From NCBI GenBank assembly GCA_965202585.1, contig OZ241833.1, positions 41,788,001 to 41,852,000 of the forward strand: 64,000 nt of DNA, written 5' to 3'. The notes under the pieces are model-generated. The model was not told the DNA's origin. It saw only the letters and a program-made list of their open reading frames with translations, and did not search any database. This document shows, piece after piece, positions 50,399 through 60,854 of this stretch. The stretch's first letter is position 1, and each line of letters begins with the position of its first letter. Both the position numbers and the translations under genes were made by a program. The stretch comes from Thalia democratica. Lineage: Eukaryota.

Positions 50399-51159
50399 TG
50401 TAGAATTAACTACCGATCACGCCGGGTTTTCATGCCTTAATCAGCATGTTACATCATACAATCATGTCTTGACCAGGTGATGTTATGTAAGAAAAGCGTA
50501 TAAAAAGAGCCGAGCGAACGAAATTGTAACTCGCTTAAACTCGCTGTGAGTGTAAGTCGCCATCTTGGAAAATCTAGATGATTTCTGGTGAAACATTCTT
50601 ATTCAAGTATTTGTTTGTTTGTCTGAACATTTACTTTGTACTTAACTTCATAACTTCGTAGTTTTTATATCTTGTTCTATATACATTTTGTATAACTACT
50701 TTAGCAACGTCGACGGGGCGTACAACTTGATTTAAGTTGTTAACGTGCCATACTTATAAGCCTACGCATACAGCAGCAGACAAGCAGCAACAACTTCTAG
50801 TTTGGATCATTTTGAACATTGAACTCGACCCATAAGCCCACGCATTCGGTGGCATAAACTTATTACTTTATTTCTAATTTTCTTTATTTGAGTATTATAT
50901 CTTTTTATCTTGCGCGCTCTACATCCAGTGTCAACGAGGAAGTATAAGTCCTTACTTTCTTAACCAGTAAACTGTACGAGCAACCATTTGTTACAGCTCA
51001 ACTAGAATTGTGAACTGCAAGAAGCCTTCTCATATAATAACTTTTATTATCGTTCTTTGATTGTATTGTATAATAAAGCATATAGATACTTGTTAGTCTA
51101 TATTTCAACTTAAATTATAAGTAAAATGAATAGTGTATTAGCTCTTACACACTCTTGCA
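50399..51159 (+). mobile_element. Probable 5' LTR of an LTR retrotransposon
   Basis: Begins TG and ends CA; TATAAAAA at 50499 and AATAAA at 51072; followed by PBS-like CGGTCGCAGACCGAGG and a gag-like frame. No second LTR in the window. Confidence 0.6.
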
Positions 51160-51164
51160 TTCGG

Positions 51165-52165
51165 TCGCAGACCGAGGTAGCAACTAAAGATAAAGATGGC
51201 TCCGAAGCTACTGCTAATCAGGCTCCTGTGGAAACTGCCGAACCTGTTACAGAGGCGGTTTCCCACAAAGCTAGAGACCGCAGTAGTTCAGAGTACATCA
51301 ATGGCGTCCTCTCCAGCTCTTTCACACCAACCATTGAAGACAACACTAAAAGAATAAATGAGCTAACTAAAGTAATAGAAAATAAAATTTGATGAAGTTT
51401 TAAAGGCACTCTATTTACAGAACAGTCAACCAATCAATACCTCTGCAAGAAGTGTGGTAAGTTCAGTTAATGATTTTAATTCACAAATAAACTTGACAGA
51501 CTCGCCCTCAGCCAGTAAATACATGACGACCAAAACAACGGCTGCTAACAATCCTACGCACTTTCAAGATTCTCTAAACATAAGAACATCGCATATATCC
51601 AGCTACCCAGTAACATCTGAAACAGAAACATTTCTTACTACAAATATGAGCCCAATTAATACACCGTTGGACAATTTTTCAAAACCATACTGTTATCAAC
51701 AAAGTCTAAATTCTCACTTAAACTCTGATCAAACAAATTACAGAAAATAAAATTACATTTACGGCAATAGTTTAACTATTGAGCAGCTTAAACGACAGAT
51801 CGACATTCTCAAAAATAAGGTAAACAAAAATCCTGAACATTTTAGAAATTCGAATCAAACTAATGGCAGTTATATTTCTTTCAATCAAGAATAATCGCCC
51901 GAGAATCAAAACTTCCACCAAACAATAAATTCAAGACACTTAATTCGTTTTCCAGAGCGAATGTTTAGGAAAATTAAAGGGAAAAACCCTAGAGAAGAAT
52001 TCAAACTCTTTGAGCTTCAGTGTAAAAGCCAGGGCATTTTCGATGATATAACTCTGTTTGAAATTATAATCCGAATATGGCCAATTGATGATGTACTTTA
52101 CTATGTAAAAGTTGATAAACCATCTAGCTATGTCTGTTTCAAACAAGAAATCTTAAGCAAAATTA
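51165..52165 (+). pseudogene. Degraded gag-like ORF, truncated by fusion to A-module 5
   Basis: Track ORFs 51126, 51454 and 51961 join through one frameshift (~51388) and two in-frame TAAs. KGKNPREEFKLFELQCKSQGIFDDITLF resembles the start of a Ty3/gypsy-type capsid segment. Confidence 0.5.
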
Positions 52166-52875
52166 ATAAAAGTTTTGTTTTTAATATACAAATTTTTATC
52201 AAGTGTATTATTTTTGCAAGATAATCCAATACAAAGTAAATCAGTCAGGAAATGTGGTTTTCTATTATGGCTACCCATACTTTACTCTGACTAACTTGTT
52301 TTTATTTGAAAGAAATTTCACATAAGGTAAAATGTTACAACTATTTTTTGCAATTTGTAAGTTGTCAAATTACAGTTGCAGGTAAACTTGCAAACTAGTT
52401 TAATTTTAAAATTACTTAATAGATTTAAATTTCTGTTAGTAGAGAAACATGATCAATTATACTGTTTTAGAATGTGTTATATATTATTTTTCAAAGGTTT
52501 TAATAGAATTATTATTTTAAAAGATATCATAAATCTGCAGTACTTAAGTTTTATATAAGCTAACAAAACTACAAAGAGTCTGAAATTTCATTTTATAAAG
52601 TGTTATTAATAATACATTTTTTATATAATTAACTGAATGAAAATACGTTAAATTACCAAATTTGAACATTTTAATTTAAATACTAAGAGTTTAAAATAAA
52701 AATTCTAATTTAAAAGCTGCAAAAGTTATATCTAAATATTGAAGAATATGGTAAAGCTTTTCATGGTTCACCAATTAAAAATTTACTTTTATCTAAATGT
52801 ATTTATTGTAGTTTTAACTATATTCTAATTTTAACATTTTTTACAGCTGTTTCATAGTAGTTAAAGTTAGTGAGC

Positions 52876-54354
52876 ATGTTAACTTACCTCTGTTCAGTTG
52901 TTCCATGGTGCACTTTCATCTTCACGACGTGGAAAACCAGTAATCTCTTCGATTCAATCCTTCAATCCTCTATTAACATGCAGCAAACGTTCCTCAACAA
53001 GTTAGACAATAACACTGTCAGAGATCAGCTCCATGACTTTGTGGACAAAACCTTCGATTACTGTTTCAACCCTGAGAAGTTGTTGGAAAAAATCAAAAGT
53101 TTCATCCAATTTTTGTACTACTTTATAATGGTTGGAGCAGTATATTTGCTGTGGAAGTTTACCGACCAAATTATAGCTTTAGTCGCAATTTACTTGTTGT
53201 ACAGTCATTATGACGTCATAAAAAAAAGCTGTTGCGACCTGTGGAGTATAGTCAAACGCCGTTGGTGGGTTTCGTGTGGGATTTCTATTTTGGCGGTAAC
53301 TTTTACATGGAGCTGCGTAGATATTGTTATGTTTACAAACTTCAATGAACAATACAGTTGGATTATTTGTATAGCGGGTAGTTTTTCATCCTTCAATATG
53401 GTGTGGGTCTTCATCAAACATTGCGTCAGTTGCTCGGGTTATATGATAAACTTGTTAAATTTTGCAATCAAAAATCCTTTGGCAGTTTTCTATGTGATAG
53501 CTGTTTTGGTGTTGGTAGGTTTTTGCTGGAGTTTGAGTAAAGTAATAGTCTTTAAAGTCAGAAAGTTTCTGAAAGTAAAGAAAACTGACTTGTATGACGT
53601 TGAAAAATACTTTCGACAAATTTCTGTAGACTCTGAAGAATCAGTCATTTTCAAAAAATCGAAGTTTCCTATTAAATTGGAAGTTCCAGAAAACTCTGAA
53701 GATCTTCCGTTACCTAAACATCATGCACAATGTGAAGTTTCAAAAAACTCGGTAGATCTTCCGTTATCTGAATCTACTGCGCAATGTAAAGTTTCAGAAA
53801 ACTATGAAGATCTTCAGCTACCTGAACCCCCTTCACAATGTAAAGTTCCAGATAATTTTGAAGATCTTCCGTTACCTGAATCTCTTGCTCAATGTAAAGT
53901 TCCTGAAAAATGTGAAAACATCAAAAACTTGATGAAAAATAACGATGAGGCGACTGTATCTGAAGATGAAGACACTTTAGAAACTAAAGTAGTAAATCCT
54001 AAAACTTCAAAAGCAAAGACTGAAGCTACTGCTGTTTTTCCTTTCAATGCTGATAAATTTTTAACGGTCAATTGTCAAGATAACAACAAAGTTGCAGATG
54101 AAACAGCTAAAGGTATAAACACTGAAGCTTCTAACAAAAGTATTCCATCTATACCTGATAAAATACCAGCATTTAAACCTGAAAAGACCAAAAAGCTTGT
54201 AGTTGAAGCCTTAAAAAGAGAAGTGACAAGTACTAACTCTTCTGACAACAGTATTCCTTCTACATCTGATATAATTCTACCAGTCAAACCTAAATATACT
54301 AAAAAGATTGTTGCTGAAGCGTCAAAAGCTGATTCAGATGAAGAATTCCTCTGA
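52876..54354 (+). CDS. A5: ~492-aa multi-TM protein with 4 repeats; tail lost by a 10-bp deletion
   Basis: ATG at 52876 (the track starts at an upstream GTG). GAATTCC[GTAGAACTCC]TCTGAA deletion gives TGA at 54352-54354; ancestral stop at 54576-54578. Confidence 0.85.
   Translation: MLTYLCSVVPWCTFIFTTWKTSNLFDSILQSSINMQQTFLNKLDNNTVRDQLHDFVDKTFDYCFNPEKLLEKIKSFIQFLYYFIMVGAVYLLWKFTDQIIALVAIYLLYSHYDVIKKSCCDLWSIVKRRWWVSCGISILAVTFTWSCVDIVMFTNFNEQYSWIICIAGSFSSFNMVWVFIKHCVSCSGYMINLLNFAIKNPLAVFYVIAVLVLVGFCWSLSKVIVFKVRKFLKVKKTDLYDVEKYFRQISVDSEESVIFKKSKFPIKLEVPENSEDLPLPKHHAQCEVSKNSVDLPLSESTAQCKVSENYEDLQLPEPPSQCKVPDNFEDLPLPESLAQCKVPEKCENIKNLMKNNDEATVSEDEDTLETKVVNPKTSKAKTEATAVFPFNADKFLTVNCQDNNKVADETAKGINTEASNKSIPSIPDKIPAFKPEKTKKLVVEALKREVTSTNSSDNSIPSTSDIILPVKPKYTKKIVAEASKADSDEEFL
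53683..53898 (+). repeat. Coding 54-bp tandem repeat, 4 units
   Basis: Four LPLP/LPLS/LQLP units at 18-aa spacing. Confidence 0.95.
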
Positions 54355-55825
54355 ATCCTGAAGATTGTGACAGTCCTTCTGAATCTGATAAAATTGAGGA
54401 TTGTGAAAAGTTACCGGAAGTAACTAGGACTTCACCTGTTCCAAAGCTTAAAGGTACGACTTTCTTCTATTCTGATAGATCCAAGAATACGTCAAGAAAT
54501 GAATCTGAGAAAAACGAAGACCGTGAACCAGGAAAGAATGATGTGAAAGTTGATAACCGAAAAGATGAAACAAAATGAACAACTAAAGCCACGTAACCGG
54601 AAATTCTCTTGAAAATATTATTTAGTTATCATTGATGTATACTTAGTGTTAGATTTGAATTTTTTGTCACATTTTTGAAAATTTAGTTTCGTTGTATTGT
54701 GTTTTGTGAATCGCACTGAGACTAATATTAATAAAATATCACTCAATATCAGTACTTTTTTGTTTAGTGAATATAAAAATCAATATATTTAAAAACTTGG
54801 AATGCATTTAGAATAGTTTAATTGTAACTATGTTTATTAATCTGGTCATATATTTGCAAGTATAACTTTTAACTTTAAGTATTGTTTCATCAAATACAAT
54901 TTTTCTAATTTTATCAATGTATCATGTTTAAACATTAATTGAAATAAAAATGTTATCTCTAACCTTGGTTTTAATGAAATGCTTAAATGAACTCGAAAAA
55001 GTCTAAAGCTGTTTGACAAAACATTTTGAGTTAAATTTTCTTATGTATCACTTATGCAGTCTAGACTTTTTAGAAACTAAACTTAAATTTGAATTTAGTA
55101 TACATAAGTGAAGTTTCAGTTTGATAAAAGAAGGAAATTCTGTTTTAATTTGATGGTGTATTTAGAGTTCTAATTTTAAGCTTAATTATTTAATTTAGTT
55201 TGTTATTTACTAGGATTTGTTTGTACTTAGCCAGTAGTTTGTAAGCATGTATATTTAATTTCAATTGAATTAAAATGACCTTATAGTTATAATATCTTGT
55301 AATAGCTTAGTAATCTTAGCATAAATTTGTTTTGATAAACAGTCTAATAACTTTTTCGCTAGAGTACTAGGTGTTTTTGTTATAATAAAATTCAATTGTT
55401 GTATGTTATCATACCTTACTGATAGTTTGTCTTCCTACATTTTGATATGTTTTTTTTTCAGATTTTATGTTAAGTGATGATCTCATTTTTGAGTGAAAAA
55501 TTGTTTTGAAAATAAGAAGTTTAAAACAATTGGAGTATGTACTTATAACAAAAAATTTTTATATGGATTTAATCTTCCTTTTTTTTACAAAATATCTTTC
55601 GTTGAGTTGAATGGTTTTTGCAATATACAATTTTTTTTTTGAAGTGTGTGTACTGTATTATGTGCACATAAAAACTATTTTTGGTTTACAGGCAGCAAGA
55701 TGTATTTTTGAACTTGTTTTCTAGAGTTTTAATCCGTTTTTAGTTTTTTTATAATAAAATCTATGTGAGATCTACTGACAAACAGTTTTGTAACAGCTGA
55801 ATTCAATATTAAAGTTTCATATGTT

Positions 55826-56195
55826 AGGGATGGGCAACATACGAATCGCGGAGTGAAAACGATCAGCCCGCCAATGTTTACAAAATTTAAAAGAAATCCA
55901 GCCTGCAAAAGGTATAACTAAGCAAGATTGTAAATCTGGTCCACTTACCGAGTTTTAAAGCTTACACTAGGTTTTTTGGGACTAGATTTGAAGAAGAAAA
56001 GAAAGTTGTTAATAGTAAATTATTAAAGTTTAAAGCTCACACTAGATATTGAGTTGAAAATCAAATCGAACTAGTGTTTTTTCGAATTGATTCGGATTAA
56101 TGAGTAGTTTTTGTGACTTAAATGAAATTGAAATGCTCAGTCCCGCCAAAGACTAAACTTTTTCACCTCTGGCCCGCCGACTCAAAACCACCCCT
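55826..56195. mobile_element. MITE copy behind A5
   Basis: Homologous to 5961-6330, ATGTT on both sides. Confidence 0.6.
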
Positions 56196-56451
56196 ATGTT
56201 ATTAGTCGGAAAACTTTTAATCTTTTCATTTCCAACAGGTTTTCAGAAGAGACGTTTGTTCGTATATGTTTGTATGTAATGAAATATGTCACTTATACAG
56301 AAACATTTTACACTATTGCTTCAATTGCTTAGTGGATAAAAACATAATAATAAAACATTTACTTAAAAAATTAATAACATTATGAATACCAGTCTTTAAT
56401 TCAAAATCTGTACTCTTGTAAAATTCAGCTTTACTTAAATATAATAAGAAA

Positions 56452-59400
56452 CTAAGCAGCAAAAGCTTTTAATGCATTATGTACTTTACATTTACTTGAT
56501 ATCAATTGAGCACTAAATTATATTAATGATGTTCTATGTATACAAAAACAATAATTAATAAAAATTTATAAGTATTTAAAATTGAGAAAACACCTGAGTG
56601 TTACTGAAACATTTAGTGCTTGGCAACCCTGAAAAATAATCTTGCATAAAATTTAGCTATCAAAATTAAATAAAAAAATAACCTCACTAAGAGCTGCAAT
56701 AGTCCAAGAACTGACTTGGTTCACCAAAATGGTTAGCAGTATTGAGGATTGATTAGGAATTAGAAAGATAATTGATCTGGCATTTAAATAAAGATGCCCA
56801 ATTTGTTCTGCCTAACATAAGACTTTTTAGTGAGTTTATGAATATAAAGTAAATCAAACAAATGACACTTTTTCAACATACAGGTAAACACTTTTCTTTA
56901 AAGTTGTGAACAAAAAGATAATAATACACATAGTTATCATAATAAACTAGAAGACTGTTGATTTAAGGCAATTTTTCAACATACAGGTAAATATTTTTCT
57001 GCGGAGTTGTGAACAAAAAGAAAAAAAAACATGATTATCACAATAAAGTAGAAGTCTGTTGATTTAAGACAATTTTTCAACATACAGGTAAAGACTTTTC
57101 TGTGGAGTTGTGAACAGAGAATAAAATACATAATTATCACAATAAAGTAGAAGACTGTTGATATAAATAACTTTGACAACATACAGGTAAAGACTTTTCT
57201 TTGAAGTTGTGAACAAAATTATAATAATACGCTTCATTATCATAATAAAGTAGAAGAATGTTGATTTAAATAACTTTGACAACATGCAGATGATGTAGAT
57301 TTGTTTTCTTTTTTATTCAACCATACACAGTTCAAGTTTATATTTTATTGATTTTTTTCATACTATGTCATTGTTTTTGAATTGTATGTGCTTGTACTTT
57401 AAGTACTTTTTATTACTTAAAGCAACATATAAAAGGTAAACTCTAAAAATACATATGTAAAGAAAGTTAATGTAAAAATTTGATGGCCTACCACTTTCAA
57501 GAAAACTTTTCTGAAATGAATTGCAGTTTTTTAGAAATTTCTGCAAATAGATTTTTTGTATAATTACGTAATAAATAAAAACTTTGTGCAAAAAATTCAC
57601 TTGGTGACATTCACGAGGCCTCTCTTCTCTCGCTTTGACAGTTTTAAGCTAATTTTCAACTTTTGGCTCTAACTTTTTTAAACCTTTTTTTTTTCAAAAA
57701 TAAATTTCACCATCGTTTTCAGCACAAAATTCTGCTTTCAAAAACATCAAACACTTTATCAAAACGTTAAAAATAAGCAAATTACAACTTTAAAAATTCA
57801 AAGCTTTGAAATATACAAATTTTTGTTTTGAAAACATTTCAAACTTCAATGTTTTTGCATGATTTGATTTAGAAGTTTAAAAAACTAGCAGATACTAGTA
57901 TTCATACTATGTACATAACAAATACCTCTGCTTTGTTCTTTTTTTCAACTATTTTATTTTGTTAAACACTAAACGTTGATGCTTCTAACTATTCAGTAAT
58001 TGCTTTAACAAAATCTATGCTAGTGAATCTAACTGTTTCAATTTAAGCTATATTGATATAATAACAATAAACTTGAGTTAAGTTCGTGTTACTCACTATA
58101 CAAACTTACTGGTTTGTTTAATTACTTATAAAATAATGCTTCACTCTAAACTTAATGAGATCCTTAGTTGTAATAAACACCTTAAAAAAACATTTAGAAA
58201 GAAATTTAAGCTCAGCTTAACTTTACTCACTATGTTTAACACGTAACAAAACTATAAGAAAGAGTTAAATAGACTAAAAACTGTCAAATAAATAACTGTA
58301 CTAGTATATTTTTTTAATTTAAAGTAGCTTTTATCTAAAATATCATCATTTAAATTATAATAGGTTTTATATAACCTATTTTGGCACTTACATTTCATAC
58401 TTCACAGTCTAAATTATTGCAGTTGTAGTAACAAACTTTAGTTTTAAACATGATTTTTCAAACCAGAAGTCTTTCAATACTTGGGCTTTATTTATTTTGT
58501 TTTACTTATTGCATAAATTTTCATTTACCTTCCATTTATTTGTTCAAATAGTTTTTTCAGATTTGGTTTTAACAAATGATGATCTTTTATGTCTCAAAGT
58601 AGGAGTAAAACATAGTTTAGTTTATAATAAACTGTGAAAATAAAATATAATTTATATCCTTAAAGCTACTTTAATTGAAAACTTTCATTTGCTTAATTTC
58701 AATATCATTAATTTTATGCAAATTTTTAACCAACAAAGTCGAATGATAATGAAAAAAGATTTTTGAAAATGTTCCACTTCAACCAAAATCTGTTATTAAT
58801 AATATACAAGTATATTGATTAGTATCATGAATAAATTTACTTAATAAGTTGGTTACTATGTTTAAAGTATACTAATAAAATTAACTTACATTATTAGAAA
58901 TCATACTTTCAGCTTTGAACGTTTTTATCTTGTTCTCAATTTTTGTACAGATATTTTTCACTTTGTTGTTAAGCAACTTATAAAGCAATCCAATAACAAT
59001 TTTTTCAAGATCAATTTTGTCAGTTACATCGAACCAAATTTTTCGATGCTTAAATGCTTATTTTTAATAAAAAAATTGATTACCATTAGCTTTAAGTTGT
59101 GTTGGTTTTGTTTCAAACTTGTAATTGATTTCCCATGCCTAGCAATAACTAATGAATAATAACTAAATTTTCTAAACGAATCAAGCTGTTTTTGTTTCCA
59201 AATTTAAACTAATGAACTTATGTTATGAGACGATGTTTATGTAACAGGCTTTAAATGAAAATTATACATAAGTGACTGAAAAAATGCATTAATAAAATAA
59301 CATAAGTTTTAAATAAACTAGCTTAGAATATGAAAAACAAATGCTTTAACATTTTAGTAGATATTTACATCATTTTAAAAAGCGTATCATCAATAGGTGT

Positions 59401-60421
59401 AAAAAAATAATCAAATAATAAGCAAAATAAACTTTGCTTGCCTATTATAAAAAGCCTAGACACGGCATTGCTGCTGATGTGCATTCAAATAATTTATCTC
59501 ATTTATTTTTGAGCTCCTCAATTTTTTTAGAAGTACTCTTCACATAGTTTAAAAGATCTTCAATTTTAGTTTGTTTAAATGTCTGTTTCCTACATTTGTT
59601 TAAAATTTAATATAAATAGGCTGAAAAAATTAAAAAAAACCCTATAAAAACTGAGGGTAGAATTATATTTTTACTGAAATAGTCTATTTTTTTCTTCTTA
59701 TCTCAAAAGTTACAAAGAATTTAAAAAATATGTAGATAACTACCAGTAGCTTAGTTTTTAATGTAAAAAACTGATTTTCAATATAAAGCGATTCTCTCCC
59801 TGTAGCCTTTGAAATTTTAGTTGATAAAAGATTACTTTTTAAGACACAAGTGGAAGGATGGAACCCTTATAACATTAAAATTTTTATTAAAAAAGTCTAA
59901 AGAATGCCCTCCAAATCTAACAACAGGACTGTACTGCGACGAAGGTTTAATTTCTATAGAGAAAAATAAAACACAAGTAAAGTTGATATAGAGAAAATTA
60001 AAAAAACTATGCACATAATGTCAAAAGACATGGGAATAAAGTTAGATGTCAAAAATCAAGAAGATATAGAAGTTCAGGTTGATATTTTGTTTAAATGAAA
60101 ATATTAGTTTATTTTTTAAGTTTTCAATTTAAATATTTTCAGTATGACTGAGCAGTTAGCTCTTTCCGTCAAAATTTTAATGGAATAAGGAATTGAAAAA
60201 TTTTCCAAATTCAATAATTTCCGAATTCTTTGAATTTCAAACTATCATTATAAATCTATGTTTTAAAAGGACGTAATGCTTTCCATATTCCTTGAAAGAA
60301 TTTTGGCAAGAAATGCTAACTGCTTAAAGGATAAAACTGAAACATTATGTTTTTATTATCTACTATCTTCTTTTATTCCAAAAGGAACAACTGCTCCAGT
60401 GTTCCTCCATACGTGTTGCCC
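56452..60421 (-). pseudogene. Decayed multi-exon gene, copy 3
   Basis: Same exon series; TGA at the site where copy 2 has TAA and copy 1 has TAT. Confidence 0.5.
56866..57289. repeat. ~100-bp tandem repeat, copy 3
   Basis: Same units as 7001-7424. Confidence 0.9.
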
Positions 60422-60624
60422 CTGAAGCAGTATATAAAAAAAATTTACTACTTTATTGTGGTGACTGAATTATAAACCACAGTTAAATTTTTGCACCAAA
60501 TAAACTTGAAAGTCTATAACAGCCTGCCGCCTATCTTAATAAGTGTAAAATAAAGATTTCATTTACAGGGATTTTTCTTATTCAATTATAATTATTATAA
60601 ACATTTATAAATGATTATATACTT
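60070..60624 (+). repeat. X block, left repeat of calpain cassette 3
   Basis: Matches 10216-10767 but carries some variants otherwise seen in right-hand copies (GTGACTGAAT, CTTAATAAG). Confidence 0.9.
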
Positions 60625-60854
60625 TTTTCAAACAACAGTTTTAATACTTTTCACTTATCACGACTATTTTTATTATTAGTTTTTGTAAAAAAAAAATAAT
60701 AAAGTTTATACATCAACAAAAACCAACTTATGTTATCTATGATTTACTTGTTTTTTTTTTTCTTTTGCTGCATAAAAATAGCTAAGTAATCTTATTTTCA
60801 CATTTCAGGTGTTCGATTTTTAAGTAAGTGACACTTTTATGTTGCAAATGAAAA

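Larger units (their letters stand above)
52150..56240 (+). repeat. A-module copy 5, 5'-truncated
   Basis: Homology begins at TAAAAGTTTTGTTTTTAATATACAAATTTTTATCAAG; MITE at 55826-56195. Confidence 0.85.
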
